NCBI GenBank assembly: GCA_004213175.1
Contig: SHAT01000001.1
Span: 1,720 to 65,719, forward strand
Length of the DNA stretch: 64,000 bases
Direction: 5' to 3'
Source: Pseudomonadota bacterium
GTDB lineage: Bacteria > SAR324 > NAC60-12
Part shown: in pieces, positions 1 through 8,788 of the stretch
Layout of the letters: each line of letters opens with the position of its first letter
Position numbering within the stretch: the first letter of the stretch is position 1
Translations under genes and position numbers: made by a program
Notes under the pieces: model-generated
Databases searched by the model: none
What the model was told of the DNA's origin: nothing
Seen by the model: only the letters and a program-made list of their open reading frames with translations

Positions 1-571
1 GGGTATATTCAATTTCATAAAGTAAAGAAAAAACTCCGAGTCTCCTTGAGACGCATTCTGGATCAAAAACAAAATATACTGAACTGACCAATTCTGCTAA
101 ACGGTCTATCCAACCCACCCCGATGAGTTTACCCGCTGAATAATAGCGAAGGATTTCTGTAGTAACAGGAGATTCAATTAAAAATTCATAATACTCTATT
201 TCACTAATGGGGGACTCAACATTATGCCAATCTTTTTGATATCGCTGATAAAGCTCAAAATCCTGCAGGTTGAATTCTGACGGATGATGCTCGACCCTCA
301 CATCCTCGTTTTTACGCCATGTACGGCGCTGACTTTTTTTTTGTGAAAAATTTTGTACATCAACACGAATCGGAATACACGATTTACAGCCTACACAAAC
401 TGGATGATAAATGGACAGGCCGCTGCGGCGAAAACCCTGATTAAGTAAAGATGTGTAACCATCCGGAGGAAGTTCACTTGTCTGGAAAGAAAGATTGTGC
501 CATGTCTTGTCATTCAGATATGGGCAAGCCCCATTATCTGTCTGATAAAGCTTTACCTGGATTCTACTCAT
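1..571 (-). CDS. bpt: Arginyl/leucyl-tRNA--protein transferase (ATE/Bpt family), N-terminal part; the gene runs off the 5' window edge
   Basis: Reverse-strand translation from the ATG at 569-571 gives MSRIQVKLYQTDNGACPYLNDKTW...GFRRSGLSIYHPVCVGCKSCIPIRVDV. These are the conserved Bpt/ATE N-terminal motifs (CPYL, GFRRSG, C..C.SC.PIR). The frame stays open to position 1. It is absent from the ORF table because the window truncates it. Confidence 0.7.
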   Translation of the reverse strand, partial: MSRIQVKLYQTDNGACPYLNDKTWHNLSFQTSELPPDGYTSLLNQGFRRSGLSIYHPVCVGCKSCIPIRVDVQNFSQKKSQRRTWRKNEDVRVEHHPSEFNLQDFELYQRYQKDWHNVESPISEIEYYEFLIESPVTTEILRYYSAGKLIGVGWIDRLAELVSSVYFVFDPECVSRRLGVFSLLYEIEYT

Positions 572-621
572 TTTCAATGATCTGGGAAGGGGATGAAATG
601 AAAAGACTTAAAGATATCAAA

Positions 622-1602
622 TTAGGACAAACCGGTTGCAATAACAGTCATTGTAACTTCATCACTCGCAGAGTCGGAAAAGGTTGCCCCCCAAATTAAT
701 TCAACGTCTTCGTCAGCCATATCTTCTATGAGTGACATAGCTTCCTGAATTTCAAAAGCACTTGTGTCTTTTGGTCCACTCACATGTACTAAAATTCCCT
801 TTGCACCACGTATGTCTGTATCCTCCATAAGAGAACCATGTAAAGCGTCTTCCACAGCATTAATTGCCCTGTCCTTACCTTTTGCCAGACCACGCCCTAT
901 GACAGCTTTACCCATACCCTTCATGATGGTCTGTACATCTGCAAAATCGACATTGATGTCACCGACTCCGCTAAGGAGCATTGTAATTCCCCTAATGGCA
1001 TTGATCAGCACCATATCAACCATATGAAAAGCCTCAAGGAAACTCGTGTTCTGCGTGCTGGCATCAAGCAGTTTGTCGTTTGGAATTACGAGCAATGTAT
1101 CAGTAAATTCACGTAAACGCTCTACACCAGCTAGTCCTGAGTCCCTTCGTTTAGTTCCTTCAAATGAAAAAGGAATCGTGACTATCCCAACTGTAAGAAT
1201 TTGCTTTTCCATTGCCATTCGTGCAATAGTCGGAGCAGCACCTGTTCCGGTACCTCCGCCCATTCCGGCAGCAATGAAAACCATATTCGAACCTTCAATT
1301 GCTTCATTAATTTCTGCAAGACTTTCTTCTGCTGCACCTTCACCGACTTCTGGACGTGCTCCCGCTCCCATACCGCGTGTCAATTTTTTTCCTAGTTCAA
1401 TCTTTTTATGTGATTTGTTACGCTTTAACGCTTTAAGATCGGTGTTACAGATTATAGTCTCAACCTGGTCAAAATTTTCTTCCGCCATTTGTGTAACCAC
1501 ATTGCCTCCGGCCCCACCTACACCGATAATTTTTATATTTGGAATAAATCCATCCTGGATAGGATGAAATTGTGCGGTTTGTTTTTCTGCCATGTATTTC
1601 AA
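622..1602 (-). CDS. ftsZ: FtsZ-family tubulin-like GTPase, 326 aa, core only: no C-terminal linker or conserved tail peptide
   Basis: Tubulin signature AAGMGGGTGTGAAP. Also LTVGIVTIPFSFEG, IPNDKLL, NVDFADV and TVIATG. The protein is colinear with the E. coli FtsZ core. The N-terminal glycine loop reads GVGGAGGNVV rather than the usual GVGGGGxNA. The ORF stops right after ...VIATGLS. Confidence 0.8.
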   Translation of the reverse strand: MKYMAEKQTAQFHPIQDGFIPNIKIIGVGGAGGNVVTQMAEENFDQVETIICNTDLKALKRNKSHKKIELGKKLTRGMGAGARPEVGEGAAEESLAEINEAIEGSNMVFIAAGMGGGTGTGAAPTIARMAMEKQILTVGIVTIPFSFEGTKRRDSGLAGVERLREFTDTLLVIPNDKLLDASTQNTSFLEAFHMVDMVLINAIRGITMLLSGVGDINVDFADVQTIMKGMGKAVIGRGLAKGKDRAINAVEDALHGSLMEDTDIRGAKGILVHVSGPKDTSAFEIQEAMSLIEDMADEDVELIWGATFSDSASDEVTMTVIATGLS

Positions 1603-2247
1603 CTCAAAAGAAATTAGGGAACATATTTGTTTCGAAAATAAATACTAAAGTATATATTTTCCCACAGTTTGTTACTGATCAATGTAGTGATTCCTGTCGA
1701 CCTGATGTTTTTAGTATTTTTTTTAAAATGAAGAAACATAAAATATGCAAAAAACTTAAATAATATGCTTTGCACTAGGTGAATCCACAATCTTTTGAAT
1801 ACCTAGCCTCAGTTTAATTGACGTCACATCGTAAAGCAAAGAAGATCCTCATTTTCAAAAAACTAAATTTTTCTGCCCCAGAAGTTTTTTTAAAACAAAT
1901 TGTCTTAATTAGATTGACTAATCCTTGTGCTACTTTGTAAATTATGATAAAGATGTATTATTGAATTTGCAAACCAAAGAATTTTTGAAGGCTAAAAACC
2001 GAATACAATCACATTAACCAAGGTCCTATTATGATTTCTGAGCAGATTTTTTATCTCTTCCTATTTCCCTGGATCATTTTCATTGCTACTATACCAGGCT
2101 CTGTTATAACTTATCTTTTCGCCGGTCTTGGAGCACAAATTTGTAATTATATCCCAGAGAAAACCGAAACTGATAAACAAAATTGAATCTCCAGCAATCA
2201 GTTTGTCCTGCATATATTTCATCTTTTTACGTTAAGACAGAGGAAAA

Positions 2248-2643
2248 TTGAACCCGTACAGTGCAATGATTACCGATTTCCTCCATAAATTTGGAGATGC
2301 GGGGAAAAAGTTCGTCAGTGAAAAAGAATGGTGGATTGTGAGCGGCTCTGTTAAGGTTCAGATCTTCCTTACAAACCTAGAAGACAATGCCGAATTGGTC
2401 GTTGCGGCAAATCTATTTCAGTATCCTAAGCATAATGCTGAAGTTAACACCTATGTACTTAAACTTAACGGAACTTTAAAGTTAAAAGGAGTGAGCTTTG
2501 GCATACGAAACAATAACCTGATCTTAAGTTATATCCGCCCGGTAAAAGGACTCGATCCTGAGGAATTGGAATGGATAATTGCAAGTATCGCTGTAATTGC
2601 AGACGAATATGATGATTTCCTTATAGAAAAATTTGATCTTTAA
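2248..2643 (+). CDS. Small cytoplasmic protein, possibly YbjN-like (type III secretion chaperone-like fold)
   Basis: 131-aa ORF with alternating hydrophobic pattern and an acidic C-terminus (EYDDFLIEKFDL) resembling YbjN-family proteins. Weak assignment from pattern only. Confidence 0.3.
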   Translation: MNPYSAMITDFLHKFGDAGKKFVSEKEWWIVSGSVKVQIFLTNLEDNAELVVAANLFQYPKHNAEVNTYVLKLNGTLKLKGVSFGIRNNNLILSYIRPVKGLDPEELEWIIASIAVIADEYDDFLIEKFDL

Positions 2644-2731
2644 AAAACAATATGTTGTTTTTTGATGGAGGGGTAGAAACTTCCAAATCCTGAATGGTTT
2701 TTAAAACCTTTGAATTAGATAAGATAGTTCT

Positions 2732-3376
2732 TTAAGCTCTTACAAAAGAATTTCTTCTCATCTCCCTCCCAATGCTGGTCGAGTCTCCATGTCCAGTGAT
2801 CACAGCAATGTCTTCATCGAGAGTGTAAAGTTTTTCCTGAATGGATTTCTCTATTTCCTGAAAATCACCTCCCCATAAATCAGTTCGGCCGATTGACCCC
2901 TTGAATAGGGTGTCCCCGGCAATCAGCAACTTTTGTTTTTCAAATAAAAAACACATCGATCCTGGCGTGTGCCCGGGCGTATGAAGGGCCTTACCCTGTA
3001 TCCCCATCAACTCAATTTCTTCTTCATGTTCAAGCCAGTGATCTGGTGGAGGTGTTTTTTCAAAAGGAATATCGAACATACGGCATTGATCTTCGAGCAT
3101 GTTCCAGAGAAAATAGTCATCACGGTGCAGAGCTAGTTTTGCTCCAGTTGTCTCTTTCATTTTTCCGGAAGCAAGAAAATGATCCAGATGTGCATGTGTG
3201 TGAATAATACTTACAACCTGAAGATTTAATTCAAGTAAACGTTCACTTAACATTTCAGCTTCACCTCCTGGATCTACCACGATAGCTTCACCGCTTAATG
3301 GGTCACCCAAAATAGTACAATTACACTGAAGGTGGCCGACAGGCAAAGTTTCTACGATCAACTCGGGTACATTCAT
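2732..3376 (-). CDS. MBL-fold metallo-hydrolase (glyoxalase II / GloB-like)
   Basis: H-x-H-x-DH zinc motif (IHTHAHLDH), a downstream His and GDTLF, 214 aa. Its start overlaps the topA stop. Confidence 0.75.
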   Translation of the reverse strand: MNVPELIVETLPVGHLQCNCTILGDPLSGEAIVVDPGGEAEMLSERLLELNLQVVSIIHTHAHLDHFLASGKMKETTGAKLALHRDDYFLWNMLEDQCRMFDIPFEKTPPPDHWLEHEEEIELMGIQGKALHTPGHTPGSMCFLFEKQKLLIAGDTLFKGSIGRTDLWGGDFQEIEKSIQEKLYTLDEDIAVITGHGDSTSIGREMRRNSFVRA

Positions 3377-5676
3377 TAAGCTGTCTTCTTTTTGGCGGAT
3401 TTGTTTTTCCCACCTCTATTTGACCTAGATGGAGGTGCTTCCGCAATTATTTTTTGACATGCGACTTCATCTAAACTTTCCGGTTCAATACCTTTTGGTA
3501 TTTTGTAATTTTTCTTTCCAAACTTTATATACGGTCCGTAACGGCCTTCCAGCACAAGAATATCACCAAAATCATGAATTGTACTTCTAGCTTTTTTCTC
3601 CAGACCTTCACGTACAATCTCAATAGCCTGATCCAACTCTATTTTGAGCGGATCTTCACCTTTCGGCAGCGAGAAAAAAAATTTTCCAAGTTTTACATAA
3701 GGCCCGAAACGCCCGTTATTTACTATTATTTCCTCACCGTTTTCGTATTTTCCAAGCATGCGCGGCAAGGCGAAACATTCCATGGCTTCCTCAAAGCTTA
3801 CTTCATTGAGATTGAGATTATCCGGTAGAGAGGCAAAGCGTGGCTTTTCCTCATCTTCACGTGTGCCTATCTGTACCATTGGTCCATATCTGCCAATACT
3901 CACACTAACAGGTTTACCACTTTCAGGATCAGTTCCCAATTCTCTGCGTTTGAGGACTTCTGATCGTGAAACCGATCCGTCTTTTTCTATAACTCTTTCA
4001 TGAAACGGCTGGTAAAAAACACTCATCATCTCAACCCATTCTTCTTCACCGTTTGCAATACGGTCAAAGTTACGTTCTAATTTAGCAGTAAAGCCAAGAT
4101 TTACTATTTCCGAAAAATGATTGGTTAGGAAATCCGTCACAACTTCACCAATGCTAGTCGGTTTGAGCTGCTTTTCACGAGTAACTTCCACATAACCCCG
4201 ATCCTGGATTGTAGAAATAGTTGGTGCATAAGTCGATGGACGTCCAATACCTTCCGACTCCATTTTTTTAACCAAAGATGCTTCTGTATAACGTGGTGGA
4301 GGTTTAGTAAACAATTGCTCAAGATTTAATTTTTTCAACGATAGAAGTTGATCTTTTTCTACTTTAGGTAGGATCACATCTTTTTCAACTGATGTAGTAT
4401 TTGGGTCCTCAACACCTTCCATATAGGCATTCAGAAAACCAGGAAAAACTACTCGCTGCCCTTTTGCTACAAAAAGACACTCTTTTTTTTCTCCAGCAGT
4501 TATTTTGAGGGTGGTACGCGAAATTTCAGCAACAGCCATTTGTGATGCTAACGTCCGTTTCCAAACCAGACTGTAGAGACGGTATTGATCAGAACTCAAA
4601 TACGCCTTAACGGTACTCGGTTTGAAGGAAAGATTCACCGGACGAATTGCTTCGTGAGCTTCCTGTGCGTTTGCTGTACGGTTCTTGAATAATCTCGGCT
4701 CCTTCAATCCAAACTTTTCCCCATATTCTAGTCTGATAACATCTTGTGCCTGAATTAGAGCCTGTTCTGCAAGAACTACTGAGTCGGTACGCATATAGGT
4801 TATAAGTCCACCACCGTAATTAGGAATTTCAAAATTACCTTCGTAAAGCTGTTGAGCTACTACCATTGTTCGTTTGACAGAAAATCCAAGTTTTAAAGAA
4901 GCTTCCTGTTGGATGGTTGAGGTTGTAAACGGCGGGCCTGGTTTGCGACTTGTCATTCGTTCTTCAATTTCACTCACCACGAAATCTCCATGCTTTACAC
5001 TGGATTCAATCTCAATAGCCGCTGTTTCATTAACTACTTTCGCAGGTTTCCCATCGAGCTTTTTTAATTCTGCAGTAAAATGACTAAATTCAGCACGAAT
5101 TTTCCAATATTCTTCTGGGATAAATTTTCTAATTTCTCTTTCACGCTCAACTAAAATATATACCGACACACTCTGCACTCTACCTGCAGATAGTCCAGGC
5201 TTAATTTTTTTCCAGAGCAATGGGGACAGTTCATACCCTACTGCACGGTCAAGAATTCGACGTGCCTGTTGTGCATCAACTAATTGTTGATTTAATTCAC
5301 GAGGGTTTTTCAACGCATTGAGAATCGCAGGCTTTGTAATTTCGTGAAAAACAATCCTTTTCACGGGTCGTTTTTTTAAACCTAATGCTGCTAGGAGATG
5401 CCATGAAATCGCCTCACCCTCACGATCCTCATCAGTTGCAAGGTAAACGATTGTCTCCTTAGAGATCAGTTTCTTAAGTTCACCTACTGTTTTTTTCTTG
5501 TTCTTTGAAATCTCATAATCAGGAGCAAACCTATTTTCCGGATCAAAACCTAGTTTACTTGAAGGCAAATCCCTTACATGCCCCATTGAAGCAGTAACAG
5601 TGTAGTCTTTGCCAAGGAATTTACTGATAGTTCTAGCTTTAGCTGGTGATTCTACAATAATTAAATTTTTCGCCAT
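3376..5676 (-). CDS. topA: DNA topoisomerase I
   Basis: 766 aa. Toprim N-terminus (LIIVESPAKARTISKFLG, ATDEDREGEAI) and the active-site region (YMRTDS). Three C-terminal GRFGPYVK / GRYGPYIK repeats are present without zinc-finger cysteines. Confidence 0.9.
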   Translation of the reverse strand: MAKNLIIVESPAKARTISKFLGKDYTVTASMGHVRDLPSSKLGFDPENRFAPDYEISKNKKKTVGELKKLISKETIVYLATDEDREGEAISWHLLAALGLKKRPVKRIVFHEITKPAILNALKNPRELNQQLVDAQQARRILDRAVGYELSPLLWKKIKPGLSAGRVQSVSVYILVEREREIRKFIPEEYWKIRAEFSHFTAELKKLDGKPAKVVNETAAIEIESSVKHGDFVVSEIEERMTSRKPGPPFTTSTIQQEASLKLGFSVKRTMVVAQQLYEGNFEIPNYGGGLITYMRTDSVVLAEQALIQAQDVIRLEYGEKFGLKEPRLFKNRTANAQEAHEAIRPVNLSFKPSTVKAYLSSDQYRLYSLVWKRTLASQMAVAEISRTTLKITAGEKKECLFVAKGQRVVFPGFLNAYMEGVEDPNTTSVEKDVILPKVEKDQLLSLKKLNLEQLFTKPPPRYTEASLVKKMESEGIGRPSTYAPTISTIQDRGYVEVTREKQLKPTSIGEVVTDFLTNHFSEIVNLGFTAKLERNFDRIANGEEEWVEMMSVFYQPFHERVIEKDGSVSRSEVLKRRELGTDPESGKPVSVSIGRYGPMVQIGTREDEEKPRFASLPDNLNLNEVSFEEAMECFALPRMLGKYENGEEIIVNNGRFGPYVKLGKFFFSLPKGEDPLKIELDQAIEIVREGLEKKARSTIHDFGDILVLEGRYGPYIKFGKKNYKIPKGIEPESLDEVACQKIIAEAPPSRSNRGGKNKSAKKKTA

Positions 5677-5845
5677 ACTTTTCTTTGATGTCCACTAAGA
5701 ATAAATGCCAACCTACTATATTGATTTTTAATTGTTAATTCAATAATTAACCTGCGTACAAACTGATTGAAATATTTTAATTGTGATTTAACAAATCCTC
5801 TTAATCAGAGTTCCCTGAAATACTTAATTAAATGAATGTAAATTA

Positions 5846-6424
5846 TTATAATTCTGAACGCGAATGCACCACTTTATCCAGTAATCCGTAATCAAGAGCT
5901 TCTTTCGCAGTAAACCAATTGTCACGATCAAGTGCTTTTTTTATATCATCATGACTTTTCCCTGTTTGATCTGAATATAAACTAACCAAATGGTCACGAG
6001 TTTTTAAAATTTCACGTGCCTGAATTTCACACTCAGAAGCCCGTCCCTGATATCCCATTAATAATGGTTGGTGAATCATTATTTTTGATTGCGGCATGGC
6101 AAATCTTCGTCCTTTGTCTGCCGCCAGACTCAATACTGACCCCATACTCGCAGCAAACCCTGTCACAATTGTAGTCACAGGACAAGAGACAAATTTAAGC
6201 ATATCAAATATAGCAAAGCCAGAAAAAATTTCACCTCCCGGTGAGTTGATAAAAACCGTGATCGGCAATTCCCCTCCCTCCTGTTCCAACAGAACAATTT
6301 GATTCAGTATTTTTTCTGATAATTTTGAATCGACCTGTTGGGAAATAACTACTGAACGTGACTTCAGAAGCTTGCTTGTAATAAAATCTGATCCCGTCTC
6401 TTCGTTGTTTTTTTCTCCACTCAT
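5846..6424 (-). CDS. clpP: ATP-dependent Clp protease proteolytic subunit
   Basis: 192 aa. Catalytic triad context GFAASMGS (Ser), MIHQP (His), LDRD (Asp). Typical ClpP length. Confidence 0.9.
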   Translation of the reverse strand: MSGEKNNEETGSDFITSKLLKSRSVVISQQVDSKLSEKILNQIVLLEQEGGELPITVFINSPGGEIFSGFAIFDMLKFVSCPVTTIVTGFAASMGSVLSLAADKGRRFAMPQSKIMIHQPLLMGYQGRASECEIQAREILKTRDHLVSLYSDQTGKSHDDIKKALDRDNWFTAKEALDYGLLDKVVHSRSEL

Positions 6425-6712
6425 TTATTATTCCTGTGTAATTTTTTTATAATTTTATATAACTATTTTTCCTTCATCCAAATTAGGTTATGGGATAAAC
6501 GTGTGCAAGTTTTTTGTTAGCTAAACTTCAAGGAAGATGGGACTAAGAATTAAGTAGTTACAAATAGCAAAACAAACTGACTTAGTATGAGATGAAATTA
6601 TTAAAAAGACCTCATTATTCTTCTTCTATGAAATTTTTTAAAATTTTTCTGTAGAACCTCTGATTTGCCATTTAGCCCTTTAAATTTTTTTCAAAAAATA
6701 ACAAAAAGCAAA

Positions 6713-8416
6713 TTACTTCTGAAATTTGTTTAACATTTCATTTGCCAGTTCAGTGGTGTGCTCACTAATCTCTTGTCCGCCGATTAAATCAGCAAGAGCA
6801 CAAACCCTATCGCCTTTTGACAAAAGAGGGCTTATTTTTGTGTAAGTTTCATTTTCTTCTAATGTCTTACTGACTAAATAATGATGTTCTGCGAAAGCTA
6901 CTATTTGGGGTAAATGAGTTACGCACAAAGTCTGGTGACGTGAACCAAGTGAGCGTAATTTTTGTCCAACTATTTCTGCAATAGCTCCGCTGATCCCAGT
7001 ATCAATTTCATCAAAAATTAAAATTTCGACTGTGTCAAGAGATGTCAATACTGTCTTAAGTGCCAGCATAATGCGTGAAAGTTCTCCTCCGGATGCAACT
7101 TTAACGAGACTCCTCATTTCCTGACCGGGATTGACAGACAGAAAAAATTCAACCTGATCAATCCCAGAGGAAGAACATGGATCTTCTTCCGAAAAAGATG
7201 CAGACAATATTTGAGTTTTAAATTGAGCCTTTTCCATTCCCAGTTGATGCAATTCATATAATATAGCCTGATCCATTTTAATAGCAGTTTGTTGTCGCTG
7301 TTGAGAAAGATATTCAGCATCTTTTTTAAGCTTTTTTCCCAAACTTTGAATCCTCTCGCAAATCTCATGTTCATTTTCAATATGGATCTGCAAAGAATCT
7401 AACTCTAGCTGCTTTTTTTCTAAAAGAGACCCCAGTTCATCCGCATTTGCTAGACGATATTTTCGCTCGAAATGCTGAATTCGACTGAGTCTTTCATTGA
7501 TCCAGATTAAACGTTTCGGGTCGTCTTCAATTTTAGTGGAATATTGGACCAATTCACGATGACTGTCTTCGAGCTGGAAAAGTGCTGATTCAATTCCAGC
7601 ACGAATAATTCTACATTCTGGATCTATATGTTCGGCCTCACCTATAATTTTTCTCAAAAATTCAAGTTTTTCTAGAACAGCTCCGTCCATCTCCTGAAGA
7701 TAATGCTGTACCTGCCCCAAATTTGCTCTAAGCTTTTCTATATGAGTCAGTCGTTTTCCTTCCAGACTGAGTTCCCTTTCTTCATCTAACTGATAATTCA
7801 GTTCTGTCAAATCCTCAATAACTTCCTGTAGTTCTTTTACAAGTATGTCCCGCTCACAGATTTTTTTCTGCCTAACCTTCTGTTCTTTTTTTGCGTCTTG
7901 CAAAGCCTGATAAGAAACAGACACCTCTTGACGTAAAGGTTGTAAACGACCGTATCCATCAAGAAATTCTAAGTGTGAGGAAACTCGTAACAGTGACTGA
8001 TTGTCGTGCTGACCATGAATATTTATTAATTGGCGACCAATTTTTTGCAATAATTCGGCTGTTACTGAAACTCCGTTGATATGCCTTTTTTGTCGGCCTT
8101 TTCGTGAAACCTGACAACGTATAATTATTTCCTCATTAAGACCTATTCCGGATTCTTCTAGTAACCTGTGGAAATCAAATTGCCCATCATTAGCAGTTTT
8201 TTCAGGAAGTGAAAATATTGCTTCTACTACCGCCTGTGATTCACCTGTTCTGATCATATTCGAATCAACACGATGCCCTAAAACAAGCAATATGGCATCG
8301 ATCATAATTGACTTGCCTGCTCCAGTCTCGCCAGTGAGAATAGAAAAACCTTCTGTGAATTCTACTTCAATTTCACGGATTGTGGCTAAATTCTCTATCC
8401 TTAATTGTAATAACAT
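6713..8416 (-). CDS. recN: DNA repair protein RecN
   Basis: 567 aa. N-terminal Walker A (GETGAGKS), long central coiled coil, C-terminal signature/Walker B (SGGELSRIMLAL...ILIFDEIDTGISG). Confidence 0.85.
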   Translation of the reverse strand: MLLQLRIENLATIREIEVEFTEGFSILTGETGAGKSIMIDAILLVLGHRVDSNMIRTGESQAVVEAIFSLPEKTANDGQFDFHRLLEESGIGLNEEIIIRCQVSRKGRQKRHINGVSVTAELLQKIGRQLINIHGQHDNQSLLRVSSHLEFLDGYGRLQPLRQEVSVSYQALQDAKKEQKVRQKKICERDILVKELQEVIEDLTELNYQLDEERELSLEGKRLTHIEKLRANLGQVQHYLQEMDGAVLEKLEFLRKIIGEAEHIDPECRIIRAGIESALFQLEDSHRELVQYSTKIEDDPKRLIWINERLSRIQHFERKYRLANADELGSLLEKKQLELDSLQIHIENEHEICERIQSLGKKLKKDAEYLSQQRQQTAIKMDQAILYELHQLGMEKAQFKTQILSASFSEEDPCSSSGIDQVEFFLSVNPGQEMRSLVKVASGGELSRIMLALKTVLTSLDTVEILIFDEIDTGISGAIAEIVGQKLRSLGSRHQTLCVTHLPQIVAFAEHHYLVSKTLEENETYTKISPLLSKGDRVCALADLIGGQEISEHTTELANEMLNKFQK

Positions 8417-8788
8417 TTCATTTAATTTTTATAATTTTTTAGCTATATATTTTCGAACAAATCAAAAATTATTCTATATGTTTATATTTATATAAATTTA
8501 TATCTCTCTTAATTTAAAAAACTTAAATATTTTAAATGAAACTATTAATCATAATTTTATTTAACAGATTTAAAAAAACTCGCGGTTTAAAGATAATATA
8601 TTGTAATTTTTGTTATTTAAAAAATGATATCCATTGGAAAATTATAAAATCAAGGCCAAATCAAAAATAACCATTAAGTAAGGAAAAATAGAATTTAATT
8701 AAATATTTGGTGCTCGATCTTGTGATTCTCACATTTGTCAAATTATACCAATTTGAAAAAATTAAAAAAACTTTAACCTCAAAATAGT

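Noticed and set aside
451-699. 82-aa plus-strand ORF
   Set aside because: It lies antisense across the bpt start and the ftsZ-like stop. It has no motif and is a likely shadow ORF.
764-1567. Plus-strand ORFs (87, 173, 64 aa) inside the ftsZ-like gene
   Set aside because: They are antisense shadow ORFs of a well-supported minus-strand gene. Their compositions are Pro/Ser-rich and meaningless.
8417-8788. Possible CRISPR or other repeat array in the AT-rich region
   Set aside because: There are only low-complexity A/T runs and short palindromes. There are no regularly spaced direct repeats.
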